A program made the translations under genes and the position numbers. Positions 51,071 through 64,000 of a stretch of 64,000 nucleotides of DNA are shown one piece after another (the first letter of the stretch is position 1; each line of letters opens with the position of its first letter). The notes beneath the pieces were generated by a model. That model saw nothing but the letters and a program-made list of their open reading frames with translations, was not told the origin of the DNA and searched no databases. The DNA comes from Octopus vulgaris (Eukaryota). The stretch is taken from positions 44,454,001-44,518,000 of the forward strand of contig OX597838.1 in NCBI GenBank assembly GCA_951406725.2. The letters run 5' to 3'.

Positions 51071-52122
51071 ATTTGCAGCCAAATATTGATGCAATAACTA
51101 TTACTCACCAAACACGTATTTCACATTAAATATTCTTTATGACTGGAATGACTGGATCTTTCATGATTGATTTCTTATAAAATTCGTTAAATATTTTCAT
51201 TAAATATTTTTGAAATATTTCTTATTAAAAACTGTAATGACTAAAGAAACATAGCAATAATTGTTTTTAAAGCAAGATATATTTCACTAATTGCGCATTT
51301 TAATTTTATTTTAGAAGTTTACATGATAGAGTCAATAAATCAGCAGCGATTCCACCCAGGTCCAATGATATGAGAATGTTGATGACCCTAGGTTTAAACG
51401 CAACTTGAAAGGCATCGATATCATCGGTTTGTGTTAAGCCCATTTGTAATCCCTTCCAGAAGACCCTAATTAGAAAAGTAAAAAAAAATACAGCCGAGGT
51501 AGTACCACTGCCACAGAGGGAAAAAATATAAATTAGATATGGACAAAAATATTTGAAACTTTTAGGTGTAAATTGACATCAAGGGAATCTGCAACAAGTT
51601 TAGCTCATGTTTTATGTTAGTTTGTGGGGTTTGTGTTTAAGTTGAATGTTTATGCTAATATAGTAGGATATATCATATAGAGGTTTATGGTTATTTGAGA
51701 GGTAAAATATCTACAGTAATTGGAAACAGGTGAAATACACATATTAAAGTTTTAGAAAGCATATTATATTACAAAAGTCAAGCCAGTGTAAATGTAATTG
51801 GTAAATGAGAAGCAGATGCAACGAAATCCTATGAGTAAGCATTTGGATCGGGTTGAAGATACCCATTGTCAAATCCACAAACAGACATATATATACACAT
51901 ATGTGCTGACACATATACGCACGCATGCATACATGTACACATGTCAACTCACAAGGATGCGCATGCGCGTAAGAACATCTATTCGAGTTGGAAATTGGCA
52001 ATTGACTATATATCTTCCTGATTCACAGGACTGCAATTGAACATTCTGGAGATAGGAATTATATATATATATACACACACACATATATATATATGCATAT
52101 ATGTATGTATATATATACACAC

Positions 52123-52173
<51 letters not shown>

Positions 52174-52181
52174 GATACATA

Positions 52182-53838
52182 TAACTTAGAATAACTTAGA
52201 AAGGTTTTTGGCAGTATTGGCCCAGGCCATGTCTAACTTAATAGCACCACCTGGCGAAGTCTTTCAGTTCAGGATTTGGGCACCAAGGCCCATTCGAGCA
52301 GAGAGTTATTGTTTGCGGAGACATATCCGGGTGTGGATGGTTTGTCCGGTACTGTTTGAAGGAATTTGTCCAAAGACTTCTTGAATTTTGTGTGGTCAGT
52401 TTCTTTTTTGACGTGTCCTGGTGTAATGTTGAAGAGAGCGGGTCCAATTGAGGTGAAATAGTTGTGCCGTATTGTCGTTATGTGATGCGATTTAGATTTT
52501 TGTTGTGGACGGATGGCACGTGGTCCAAGCCTTGGATGCATTTTGAAGGTGATGCCAACATCATTCGGACAGTGCTGATGGAATATTTTCCACATCATAC
52601 AGATAATGTAGCGTTCACGGCGTCGTTGGAGTGAATACAATTTCAGCTTCTCTAGTCTACCCCAGTAGTCAAGGTCTGACATGCCATCTATCTTTTTTGT
52701 GATTGACCTTTGGGGAGCTTCAATTCTCATAATATTTTGTTTTGTGTAGGGAGACCACAGTGGACAGCAGTATTCAAGGTGGGGTCGGGCAAAAGTGGAG
52801 AAGAGAAGGATAATAGCGTGGGAATCTCTCGACTGGAAGGTTCTGAGAATCCAGGAACACATTCTGCGGGCCATGTCAACTTTGCTGCTTATATGTGTAG
52901 CCCAGCTTATGTTGTTGTCCACTGTTACTCCCAGGTCTCTGATGTTGTTGGATGCCATGAGAATTTCTCCAGAAGGAAGAGAGTATGGGAGTTTCAGAGC
53001 GTCCTCCCTTCCAAAGTGGATCAGTTCGAATTTATCTTCATTTAGCAACATGTTATTCTTTTCCGCCCATTGGACAACAGCTAGTAGGTCTGACTGAAGG
53101 TTTATTCGGTCATCCACGCCATTGATGACCTTCTGGAGCTTGGAATCATCAGCGAAGGTTCTGATGTTGCTGTGTTTGATGGTGTCAGTAATATCATTTA
53201 TGTAGATGATGAAGAGAAGTGGGCCCAACACAGTGCCTTGTGGGACACCACTGCTGACTTTGGCTGGGCTGGATTTGACTCCTTCGACTACAACATGTTG
53301 GGTTCTGTTAGAGAGGAAGCACTTGATCCATTGCAGCAGCTTTCCAGTGACACCAATATTGGACAGCTTTCTCAGAAGGATCTTATGATCAACCCTGTCA
53401 AAGGCCTTGCTGAAATCAAGGTAGATGACATCAGTGTTGGAACCCTCTCCCAAGGCTCTCAAAATGTCATCAAAATGATGCAGTAGCTGCGTCAGGCAAT
53501 CTCTCCCATTACGGAATCCATGCTGGTTGGGGTTCAGCATATTATGACTCTCAAGGAAGTGAGTCATACGCGATCTCAGCACCCTCTCAAATACCTTGAT
53601 GATATGAGAGGTGAGTGAGATTGGACGGTAATTCACGGCAAGCGATTTGTTTCCTTTTTTGAAAACTGGGACAACAGACTGGGATAGAAGGTCTTCTGGT
53701 ATATATCCAGCATCCAATGAGTTCCGCCACAGATTGGCTAGAGGGGGTGCAAGTTGGTTTTGACACATCTTCAAGACACAAGCAGGGAACCTATCGGGAC
53801 CTACTGCTGAATTATGCTTCATTTCCTTTATTGCTGCT
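52182..53838 (-). mobile_element. 5'-truncated CR1/L2-group LINE inserted in (TA)n
   Basis: Open RT ORF, short 3' UTR ending TAAGTTATTCTAAGTTA, (TA)n on both flanks. Confidence 0.9.
52269..53822 (-). CDS. Non-LTR retrotransposon reverse transcriptase (ORF2 fragment, endonuclease domain absent)
   Basis: [65 protein letters not shown]; 517 codons without a stop. Confidence 0.95.
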   Translation of the reverse strand: MKHNSAVGPDRFPACVLKMCQNQLAPPLANLWRNSLDAGYIPEDLLSQSVVPVFKKGNKSLAVNYRPISLTSHIIKVFERVLRSRMTHFLESHNMLNPNQHGFRNGRDCLTQLLHHFDDILRALGEGSNTDVIYLDFSKAFDRVDHKILLRKLSNIGVTGKLLQWIKCFLSNRTQHVVVEGVKSSPAKVSSGVPQGTVLGPLLFIIYINDITDTIKHSNIRTFADDSKLQKVINGVDDRINLQSDLLAVVQWAEKNNMLLNEDKFELIHFGREDALKLPYSLPSGEILMASNNIRDLGVTVDNNISWATHISSKVDMARRMCSWILRTFQSRDSHAIILLFSTFARPHLEYCCPLWSPYTKQNIMRIEAPQRSITKKIDGMSDLDYWGRLEKLKLYSLQRRRERYIICMMWKIFHQHCPNDVGITFKMHPRLGPRAIRPQQKSKSHHITTIRHNYFTSIGPALFNITPGHVKKETDHTKFKKSLDKFLQTVPDKPSTPGYVSANNNSLLEWALVPKS

Positions 53839-53865
53839 ATATATGCATATATATATGCATATCCC

Positions 53866-53965
<100 letters not shown>

Positions 53966-54532
53966 TAGAGAGAGAGAGAGAGAGAGATAGAAACGTTCAC
54001 ATAGTTTAGTGGTTTTCAGTAATTGCGTTATAGATGTAACATATGAGAAATGTTAAAACGAAATGGCGCTGTCTGATTAAACACAAAATGGAGGACATCT
54101 CACTTCGTAGAATTTATTCTAAGGAAAACTTCTTTCCCCGGAAGCTCAGAATTGCCAAAGTGTTCAATTTCATTAGAATGCTTCACCAATCTTCGCACCA
54201 ATCTAAAACCAATAATACAATAGTTTCGCAACTTAATTTCGTATATGTCGATGGTGAAGAATTATACACTCTGTTGGCTAACAAATTCACTTCTTATCAA
54301 ATGTCTCTTGCTCTCCCTCAGAACAATGAGCGGAAATGTGAAGATTCCATTTTATGTTTTTCCCTACCATCGTATACAATTTTTACATATTACTTCAATT
54401 TTTTTAGACCTTTAACTCACTTCCGTTTATAAGTGGGCAAAACATCAGTGTTGCATAAACACATTGTAGTGTGTCATTTGGCCAAATTGTCAAGATAAGG
54501 TGAAATGTTATTATCCTACTCATCTTCAGCGC

Positions 54533-54569
<37 letters not shown>

Positions 54570-55024
54570 GAGTGAGAGAGCAGTTCATGCCATCAAAGTG
54601 ACACTGGGGTAAAATATACGAAGCCCAATATACCCATCATGACTACCCGTCTGATAAAGGTACACCAGGCACATGCATCACAACCAAATGTGCGCGACAT
54701 GGTGATCTCATATCAAGATAAACAGCGCATGACCTTGCAGGTGGGGCCCAGTTAGAATTTTCTTCAGGTTGAGTAGCCCATCCCGCTCAAACGGTCCCTG
54801 AATAAGGGTTGTTTAAGGATGTTGAAAGAACCACCCATGTTTCCAGAGGTGAACTATTCAAACCCCAAAGAATCCCCCTCAACACATGGCTATGATGCTC
54901 CCCCACTACTCATGATCAGAGATGCACATATCGTCAGCCACTAAGGGACATGCTCAACTGGTTAAGGTCAAACAACTGACAAGCAAATCTGTGGTATTGA
55001 GCAGAATATTTGCTGTAGCCCATC

Positions 55025-55029
<5 letters not shown>
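54570..55029 (-). mobile_element. Non-coding retroposon-like unit ending CTCTCTCACTC-(AAT)n, embedded in (ATT)n
   Basis: (ATT)n on both sides; second, shorter copy in the opposite orientation at 57694-57987. Confidence 0.75.
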
Positions 55030-55085
<56 letters not shown>

Positions 55086-55509
55086 ACAGTTAGCACGGCG
55101 GGCAAAATAAATGCTTAACGGCATTTTGTACGTTTTTACGTTCTGAATTCAAGTTCGGCTGAGGTCGGTTTCGCCTTCCATACTTTCAGGATAGATAAGA
55201 CATTCACCAGGCGAACGTTGTTGTAATCCACTAATCCATTCCCAACAAATTTCAGGCCTTGTGCCTCCAACAGGAAAGATTATTAGTGTGACAGTTAATT
55301 GGTAGAACTGTTATCGCGCTGGGGAAATTACTTGGCGTCACTTCGACCTGGTGTTTACGTTCTGAAATCAAATTCCACCGAGTTCCACTTCGCCTTTCAA
55401 CCTTTTGCGGCCGAAAAGTTAAGTACTGAGAACGATGTAATCGAGTAATCTCTCGCCGCAAAATTCAAAACGTCTGCCCATTGTAGAAAAACATTATTAT
55501 CATGTTTTT

Positions 55510-56560
55510 CACAACTTTCCAAGATAGTGCTGTTCTTCACTCTATCATCCCACTCAGCCTCACCATGAAAGCTGTTCAGCAGACTGATGTGCCCACGGTA
55601 AGGTGTCCAAGTCCTTGTTATATACGAAAGAGTTCTCAGGGCAACTTATATATATATACGTCTTGTTTTCTATTTACCTGTCTGAGATATCGTGCGCATT
55701 CCAAAGTCAATCATAAAACTTCCCAAAAGCTGCACTGGTCTTTCCAATATAGGTTTACACCTCTCTATCGAGTTTAGCATCGATTGTTACTGTAGAACCC
55801 GAATATATGAGAGCATCAGCGGTTTTCAGAACTTTGCTTACACGCTGGGCAAGATTCCTAGATTGTTACCAGGATGTGGCTGATACAAAAGTTCAGTCTA
55901 TTTTTATATGTGATAGTTAAGACAAAAGATCTGGCTGCTGCTGCTGCAAATCTAACAATATGCTGGATGTTTTCGAGTGTATCACCAACGAGGGCACGAT
56001 CACCTGCAAAACAACAACTCTCTTATCGCTTGAGATGCAACTTTCGCTTTGAAATGCTGTCGGCTGAAGATGCATCCCATTGTCTTATAATCAAGAAACA
56101 CTCCATCTTCTACGTCAGAAAATGTATAATCCCGCATTACTGCGAGCAATAACGCAATAAAAATGGTGCTAAATCGCAACCTTCTTTTCTACCATTTACG
56201 AATTTTATCTAGAAAATTTATTGGTTCACCTAAAGCTGTTGTAAAACATACTGAAGCAAAAGAGTTTTTATTAAGAACATTATGTTTACAAGATGTTTAT
56301 TATTGTAAGAACAATGGTTTCTTCTCCATTAAGCTTTGGACTTTCTATTTCTCCATTAAGGTTTCTTACAGAACCACACACCTGTTGATATCTTCTCCGA
56401 TAGAAATGAAGCTCAACAAAAACAATGTACTTCACATACTACCAAAACGAATAAAGCCCTCCTTCCAATGGAATCCCATCTATAACAAATGATTCTAGCG
56501 ATTCTCGAAAATTTTAGTGAGCTCCTGAATTATATACGTCTTCTTCACACAAAATTGAAA
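55510..56560 (-). mobile_element. Old RTE/BovB-like LINE RT remnant
   Basis: GCDLAP, FAGDRAL..NIQHIVRFAAAAARSFVLTI, YSGSTVTIDAKLDREV..IGKTSAAFGKF, WTPYRGHI across frameshifts. Confidence 0.7.
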
Positions 56561-56631
56561 GACATTCATTGTTCCTTCTCTAACTATCATTGTGGTACAA
56601 GTGCCTAAAATCCTATTATTTTAAAAGCTCA

Positions 56632-56678
<47 letters not shown>

Positions 56679-56687
56679 TAATAATAA

Positions 56688-57693
56688 TGTATTCTTCATT
56701 AGATACAATGGCTTCAGTTGAAGAGATAAAGGTAAATACAAAAAAGGGAGCTTACGGGGAAAATCACCCTTGCTTGATTACGCACCCTAGAAGCCACCAC
56801 ATGTCAAATCCTGGTGGAATCCTGGAAATACGGACCTGCGTTATTCTTTTTCCCATATGCGATGGTTACATAATGCTCTTGCTGATTTTGCAAGGGGTCA
56901 ATGAGTGCTTCACAGCGAGGGCTTCTGACTTGAAATCCACTGAAATGGTGTCGTATTGTCTCCCCCTCGGTATGTACTCCATATCATCCCTGATACATCT
57001 CAGCGCAGCTTCAATATCTGCTCGTGCTATTATTGCTGGTTTCTTTGTCTCTGCTGAGATGCATCTGAAATGAACTTTTTTTTCCTCCACTGCTTCAATT
57101 GCCTCTTTTGGTATGATTAAGTTGACCCAGGTTTGTTCATGTTTGATGAGCATCCAGGCCTGCGCTAACTTCTGCTCTTTGCCTGTGAGGTCTGTACTAT
57201 AACGAGGTCTCGTTTTGCTTGCTGCTTCAACCAACCTGTTATTGTTGGTAACGTTGGTATTGTTGTTCTCATTGGTGCTGGTTTTATTGTTACTGCCGTT
57301 ATTGTTATCCTTTTTGTTATTGCCACCACCTTTCGTAGCGTTGCAGATTTTGCTGTCTCCACCATCGTTACTCTTTCCACCACATCCACTGCCGACACTC
57401 TTTTCACTGTTACTGCTTTTGTTGTCATTCAGTTCATCAGCTTCGCCAGCTTTCACATTGCTTAGCCTGCCACTGTTGTTGTTGTCGCTGTGAGTAAGTG
57501 ATATGAGAGGGGAGTCTTCTTCTGTGGGAGGATTAGTAGGAGAGATAGCTTTCCCCCTCAGCGCTTCTATGGTTGCTGATGTCGATGATGATAGTGATGA
57601 TGACGACGCCATCTTGTATGTTTGTGCTTCTTTTAATGCAATGGATAATTAAATGAATAAATAAATACTACCCCAACTGTCCCTTACGGGGCA
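56688..57693 (-). mobile_element. Internally deleted Tx1-like element carrying an ORF1 N-terminal part (ORF 56866-57612)
   Basis: PRGRQYDTISVDFKSEALA..SIM*PSHMGKRITQVRISRIPPGFDMWWLLG (homology continues past the stop); 3' end TAATGAAGAATACA-(TTA)n resembles the end at 14221. Confidence 0.65.
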
Positions 57694-57987
57694 GAAATAA
57701 TCACCTCTGGAAACATGGGTGTTTCGTTCAACATTCTAAAACAACCCTTATTCAGGGACCTTTTGAGCGGGATGGGCTACTGGACCAGAAGAAAATTCTA
57801 ACTGGGCCCCACCTGCAAGGTCATGTGCCGTTTTTCTTGATATGAGATCGCCATGTCGCACACATTTGGTTGTGATGTATGTGCCTAGTGTACCCTTATC
57901 AGACGGGTAGTCATGATGGGTATACTGGGCTTTGTATATTTTACCCCAGTGTCACTTTGATGGCATGCACTGCTCTCTCACTCACTC
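57694..57987 (+). mobile_element. Second copy of the (AAT)n-tailed retroposon unit
   Basis: Reverse complement of about 54570-54860, followed by (AAT)n. Confidence 0.8.
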
Positions 57988-58035
<48 letters not shown>

Positions 58036-58139
58036 TCTTTTATTCTTTTATTTGACTGTGGCCATGCTGGAGCACCGCCTTTATAATAAAAATAATAATA
58101 ATAATGATAATAATGATAATAATAATAATAATAATAATA

Positions 58140-58566
58140 ATCCTTTCTACTGGAAGCACAAGGCCTGAAATTTGAAGAAGGGAATAATTGGGGAAGGGAA
58201 TAAGTCGTTTACATCGACTCCAGTGCGTAACTGGTACTAATTTTATCGACTCTGAAAGGATAAAATGCAAAGTCGATCTCGGCGGAATTTCAACTCAGAA
58301 TACAGCGGCAGACGGAATACCTATTTCTTTACTACCCACAAGGGACTAAATACAGAGAGGACAAAGAAGGACAGACAAACCGATTAAGTCGATTGTATCG
58401 ACCCCAGTGTGTAACTGGTACTTATTTAATCGACCCCGAAAGGTTGAAAGGCAAAGTCGATCTCGGCGGAATTTGAACTTAGAACGTAACGGCCGACGAA
58501 ATACTGCTAAGCATTTCGCCCAGCGTGCTAACATTTCTGCCAGCTCGCCGCCTCAATAATAATAAT

Positions 58567-58622
<56 letters not shown>

Positions 58623-58870
58623 TGATGATGATGATGATGATGAAAATAATATTGGTTTCATAATTTGTAACAAGGCCAGCCAGTTAGGGGGAAGGGGTTA
58701 AGTTGATTATATCGATCCTAGTATTCAGCTGGTACTTATTTTTATCGACTCCGAAAAGATGAGAGGCAAAGTCGGCCTCGGCGGAATTTGAACTCAGAAC
58801 ATGAAGACAGATAAAATGCGACTAAGTATTTTGCTCTGGCGGCCTGCTAACGATTCTGCCTGCACAATGC
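58140..58870 (-). mobile_element. SINE family B dimer plus a further copy, separated by (AAT)n/(GAT)n
   Basis: Cores near 58260, 58440 and 58760. Confidence 0.85.
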
Positions 58871-58891
58871 CTGATATAGATTTATAAATAA

Positions 58892-60179
58892 CTAGCAGAG
58901 ATACCCGGCGTTGCCCGTGTTACATACAATTGAAGAATTAGACTTTTCTGTTATATTTTATCTAATGAACTGGAATATCTATGTTTCGAATTTCATAAAA
59001 TTGCAGATGAGGGTTATTTCCCTCTTTACATCCCCCAAAACAATTGTAATCGTGCCACATATATCCCATACTAATGATTTTTATGCGCATATTCCAAAAT
59101 TCCAGTCTTATTGAACCTGTTAAAAAGATTTTGCTCCTGAAAAATGAAGGTTATGGAGCTCTAAATTGTTAGAGTTAAGGCCCCTGATGGGGGTGGGCAT
59201 CTTAATGTCAACCACAGAAGTTGAATTGTTGAGAATCTTTTTAACTTGTATCTATTGTTTGAATTTCTTTGAAATAGGAAATATATGTTCACTGGGTTTG
59301 TAAAATAGCGCAAAGCTACAGGAAACCAAAAGACGAGTGATCACAATAAACAGTCAGCTATAGTACCCTAGTCGTTACCACTCCGAATGTAGGATTCCTC
59401 ACCATCCAGGTGACAGGCACAGCCGTAAGATGCATTACGAATCTATAGCAATTGAAAGGGCGTGACCCAACTGAAATAAACATTAACAACTGTGTGACAT
59501 GGGGGCTAAGAAGAAATGAAAGTTGGGGTTTGCAAATGACCACTATACTGATATGTAACTGGACAGAATAAATTTACAATCTATAAATGTCTTTGAATAA
59601 CCAGTTACTCATCTGGGGACTATGTGTGACCGAGTGATAATAAAAAGACTGAAAGGAGGTCTGCAATCAAATAACTTTACTCAACACTTTGCAACTGAAT
59701 CATTGGAAGCAAAGATGCCTCTCATTTACTTGACAATTTATGCACCACATTGCTGAAATCACAATGTAAGTGTATGTCAAAGCAAACTGTTACACTGTTG
59801 TACCATTGAATTACAAATAATGCTCAACTTTTATGCTCGGGTAACCCTACATCTTCTAAGAGCACAACTGTATTCGTTTTTGCTTAGATAAAATGACAAA
59901 ATTGTGGGTGTTAAGACCCCATGCAGGAGTCTTTATAACTTGTAAGAAGATGAAATGTTATAAATATTACTTCATTTGTGTCTAATATCTATAGTTAAAA
60001 TTTCCTCAACAGCAATAATATACGAATTGTCATGGGGGTTATGGCCCTTATGCATAGAATATAATTTCCAAATTTCATAAAGATCTATTCAATACTTTTG
60101 ACCTAGTCTTGGATCATAAAAGGAATGACTAAAATTTAGGAGTTAAGGCTCCCATTAGGGTGTTTTATATATATATAGA
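58892..60179 (-). mobile_element. Non-autonomous Helitron
   Basis: Minus-strand 5' TCTATATATATATAAAAC and 3' CGGGCAACGCCGGG hairpin followed by CTAG|T; that both ends belong to one element is inferred. Confidence 0.6.
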
Positions 60180-60196
60180 GAGAGAGACAGACAGAC

Positions 60197-60269
<73 letters not shown>

Positions 60270-60275
60270 GATAGG

Positions 60276-60329
<54 letters not shown>

Positions 60330-60350
60330 TACACACACACACACACATAC
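60180..60350. repeat. (GATA)n microsatellite with (GA)/(CA) flanks
   Basis: Directly visible. Confidence 0.95.
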
Positions 60351-60689
60351 AAAGATAAATTGATAGATACAAACAAAAATATGAGACGCAGCCTAGTGAT
60401 TTTTTTATGTTGATAAGCCTGGTACTTATTCTATTAGTTTGTTCTTGCGAAACCCGTAAGTTAAGTGGATGTAAATAAATGAACAGCAGTTGTGAAGCAG
60501 TGATGAGGGCGAAACACAGAGACAAAGACACACACTTACACTTACATATATACATACATATATATACGATTGATTTGTTTCAGTTCCTGTCTACGAAATC
60601 CATATATATTGTTGTTGGCATCCTTTTCATCTCGGGAGACAATGGAGTTGCGCATGAAATAATCTAGTCCGGCTTTTACTTTTCATGTC

Positions 60690-61180
60690 CTAATACATCT
60701 CCTGCTGTGGCTGTGTAGTCATATCCTGGACAAACACTCCCAATGGCTGGTGCCGCAAATGTAGCGAAGACTTTGCCTGGCTGGTCGTAATGCCATAGTT
60801 TCTTGTTGACGTCTTTTCTTGTCTTTCCATTTCTCCTCTCTCTCTCTCTCTGTCACTCCTTTGTGTTCCCTCTTTTACGGTACGTCGCCAATCTCCACGG
60901 TTACTGGCAGCTGCTTCCCAGTTGGTAATATTGATGTTGCAGGCATTCATGTCCCTTTTGCAAATCTTAAGAACGGTCTTCCCACAGACCTAGTGCCCAT
61001 AGCAAACTTCCGTAGAGTATGTCCTTGGGGATTCTGCCAATCTTCCATACGGCTAACATGTCCAAGCCATCTCATACTTCTTTGTGTGAGGAGTGCAAAC
61101 ATGCTTGGTATTCCTGCTTGCTTGAGGACATCTTTGTTGGGGACATAATTCTGCCATTTGATGCGATGTTGGAGCCAAGT
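60690..61180 (-). mobile_element. RTE/BovB-like LINE 3' end
   Basis: IKWQNYVPNKDVLKQAGIPSMFALL..RWLGHVSRMED..GRPFLRF; NWEAAASNRGDWR. Confidence 0.85.
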
Positions 61181-61239
61181 TGCCAAGCTATCAGGCGTTC
61201 GTAAAAAAGGTCGGCGATGAAGTGGAGTTGTCACTGCCA

Positions 61240-61660
61240 CAAAAGAGAAGAGAATGGTACGAACGTAGGACCATCACGTACCGAGTTTATGTTAATGAAA
61301 ATAGAAGTCGTCGGAATGGAGGTAATCGAAGAAGCGCTGGAAAGGACTGAAGAAGAGATTTTATTCCTGGCAAGAGGTGTAAATTTCGGTACCATGGTGG
61401 TCCAGTTTGAGAACGAAAGTGTAGCGAGAAGAATGGCGGTGAGGACTGTGAGGACGGGAAAGGTGTTCCTTCTGCCCTTGTATCTGAGTAGAAGGACAAC
61501 CCGGATCAGGGTGGAGGGGATATGGGTTGCATGGGTGGAGGGGATACCTCCCAATGTCGATGGCGAGTGGATCGTGGCAGCCATCATCAGTGGATGCGAG
61601 GAGGAAGTAGGTATTCTCCACGTCACGGGGAAGGATGAAGGAGGCTGGAAGGGTGCATGT
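61240..61660 (+). pseudogene. Tx1-like ORF1 fragment (RRM-like region)
   Basis: FLARGVNFGTMVVQFENESVARR..LLPLYLSRRTTRIRVEG..IPPNVDGEWIVAAI. Confidence 0.7.
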
Positions 61661-61981
61661 TCGTCGATATCGTTGTTAATAGTGTTTAATTTTTGTGTCG
61701 TTAAATTTTCCCATTGAGGGAAATAGAAAAAGGGCCAGCAGGCGGCCACAGCTATGCAACCGCAACTGGAAGAGGAGCAGAGAAAAGAACACTAGAAACC
61801 TTTGAAATAAAAGCCGAAGCCAAGAGAATGAAAGCTTGCGAGAAGCTGATAAAGAAGGAGAGTGAAACGATAAAGCTAACGCCACCCAAAGAGCTGACGA
61901 ACAGCGGAATAAAGAAAACGGTGACCTACAAGACCGTGAAGGTCGCCAATAGAAATAGCAGCAGGAGAGGAAATTGGAAAA

Positions 61982-62734
61982 GTGCTGGAAGGCATTAAAA
62001 AGGTGATAACCTTCAGAACGAGAGGCAGAAGGTGTGCCACTGTGGATGTGCGATTTATATCGGAGGAGGAAGTAATAAGACATGCAACGGAGGCAATTCG
62101 TTCGGGAGAATGGATTCTCTTGCAATCGTATTGCGGAAAACGTGTGGCGAGAGTTCGGGTGGGCCAAGTGCCCCCTGAGCTGGAGGAGGCATGGCTAATG
62201 ACAGCCATTATGTATAACATGAAGGACGGGGCCAGAATATTGAAGGCCACCAGAACAAATAAGCTGGACTACTGGGGCTATGGATCGGAATTAACAATCC
62301 AGGCAACAGTAGAAGACCTCAATAGAATAACCGAGGAGATAGTGTTGCCTGACGGTTTCTCACTAAGAATGAAGGTGGAGGGCAGACCGCCGGTGTGTTT
62401 TGAATGTGGCGAAAAGGGACACATGAAGGCGAGATGTCCACAGAAACAACAGAGAGAAATTCAAGAAAATGTCGAACAGGCAGTGCTGGTCGAGAGTAGT
62501 GAAAAAACAGTGGAAGAAGGTTCCACGATAGTGGAAAGAAAAAGGAGGAGGAGCGGTAGGGTAAGCCCGCCACCGACTAACCAGAGAAAGAAGAAAGAAG
62601 AGGTGGAAAGGGAAGATGTAACGAGGAAGATGAGAAAAGTAAGGCGGAGAAGGGAAGTGAAAAAATATATATGTATATATACATTCATATATACAAGTTC
62701 CATTCTAGTAGGTTTCAAGAATATAACACCTTAA
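61982..62734 (+). CDS. Retrotransposon ORF1/gag-like protein fragment with CCHC zinc knuckle
   Basis: RGRRCATVDVRFISEEE..YCGKRVARVRVGQVPP..WLMTAI; VEGRPPVCFECGEKGHMKARCP (CX2CX4HX4C); basic C-terminal tail. Confidence 0.8.
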   Translation: MLEGIKKVITFRTRGRRCATVDVRFISEEEVIRHATEAIRSGEWILLQSYCGKRVARVRVGQVPPELEEAWLMTAIMYNMKDGARILKATRTNKLDYWGYGSELTIQATVEDLNRITEEIVLPDGFSLRMKVEGRPPVCFECGEKGHMKARCPQKQQREIQENVEQAVLVESSEKTVEEGSTIVERKRRRSGRVSPPPTNQRKKKEEVEREDVTRKMRKVRRRREVKKYICIYTFIYTSSILVGFKNITP

Positions 62735-62847
62735 TATCTCATCTTTTCTCATATTTTATGCCTAAGACGTATTTTCTATTCAGGCTTTTATATACCTCTT
62801 TCTATTAATACTTTATATTTATGTCTATATATATATATATATATATA

Positions 62848-63140
62848 TAAGTAGCTTCATTACGAACCACATGGTTCCGGGTTCAGTCCCACTGCGTGGC
62901 ACCTTGGGCTAGTGTCTTCTACTATAGCTTCGGGCCGACCAAAGCCTTGTGAATGGATTTGGTAGACGGATACTGAAAGAAGCTGGTCGTATGTATATAT
63001 ATATATATATCTGTGTGTGTGTGTGTGTGCGGTTCGGCAAAAGAGACGGATAGAATAAGTACTAGGCTTACATAGAATAAGTCCTGGGGTCGATTTGCTC
63101 GACTAAAGGCGTTGCTCCAGCATGAGTGAAAGAAGTAAAA
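62848..63140 (+). mobile_element. SINE family A with internal deletion
   Basis: Head, short microsatellite and tail. Confidence 0.85.
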
Positions 63141-63559
63141 CAAAAATCTCTAATTTATTTTAACCGAAACGGGAGCAACAGTTTGAGACGAAGACGCATT
63201 TTGTCGAAATGCGGAGTGGATAAAACAGCCGATAACTAGAAAGCTGTTCTTATGTTGCCTGTCTTGTTTCTTTCGTTGTTCGCAAAACAAGTTCGTGTTC
63301 GATGTTTTCGTATTTCATGTTTTCGTTGCCTAAAACGCTGGTGCATATGTGCGATCCGGTCCGATCCGATCCGATCCGTAGCGTTGACTGTGCTGTCGTA
63401 GCCGTGGACATTCACCCCCAATGGCGCTCAGAGCAAGCTCTGATCGCCGTAGCGCTGACTGTGCTGTCGTAGCGGTGGGCAGTTATACTGTACATATTAC
63501 ATGTACATCTATGTATACATGTATATACAATAGAGAGATGTTTTTATTTCACCTCTTAA

Positions 63560-63754
63560 CACGTAATACTGAAATAGTGGAGAAGATATGATATTGCTGT
63601 GGGGTCGCCCTAGGCAAGATGTTAAACATTGTTTTTGCCCATGACACTACAAGCATGTGTAAAAGTGGAATGAAATTGGTTGTGTAGTTCTCAAGTTTTA
63701 GGGATTCACACAGACAGACAGACAGACACCCATTCTCAGTTTTATATATATAGA
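63560..63754 (-). mobile_element. Helitron-type 5' terminus
   Basis: Minus strand TCTATATATATAAAACTGAGAATGGGTGTCTGTCTGTCTG; 3' end not identified, left coordinate arbitrary. Confidence 0.5.
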
Positions 63755-64000
63755 TAGCCTGTAAAATATTGGGTAAACAAAATCCCTTGGATGGAAATTA
63801 TCGAGGCTAGCCTATGTGATTTGATCTCACATCTGTAAACAGCAGATTTCTATTTTTCTGCCTCCATTTTAGACACGCTCTTCTTGCCATCGAGAATTGT
63901 TTGATATAGATTTTATCTACTTCGAGTAGAAACGTTAGAAAAATGAAAAAATCCATATTTCTAGAAGTTTCTAAATTCCTATGTCACAAAACAATAAACA

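Noticed and set aside
52710-53486. + strand ORFs overlapping the RT
   Set aside because: Antisense shadows of the RT coding frame

Overview
AT-rich, repeat-saturated eukaryotic DNA with no host protein-coding exon I can support. The SINE families and microsatellite load look like an octopus/cephalopod genome (recognition, not a database match). Almost all ORF-track entries are microsatellite translations. The real coding remnants are all transposon-derived: a Penelope-like (probably Naiad-type) GIY-YIG endonuclease (389-1078), a Chapaev3-like transposase remnant with TIRs and TSD (4045-5562), an uninterrupted but 5'-truncated CR1/L2-group reverse transcriptase (52269-53822), several RTE remnants, mariner remnants, a Tx1/L1-like ORF2 3' end and four to five diverged Tx1-like ORF1 (RRM-like/zinc knuckle) pieces. 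There are also Helitron-type non-autonomous elements, a hAT MITE and dozens of tRNA-derived SINEs. The most notable hidden layer is non-coding: at least seven type I hammerhead ribozyme motifs in unrelated sequence contexts on both strands. They include a canonical one antisense to the Penelope ORF, one fused behind a tRNA-like Pol III head, and a head-to-head pair with a compensatory U3-A8 core inside a 160-bp palindrome. Coordinates of decayed repeats are approximate (read by eye).
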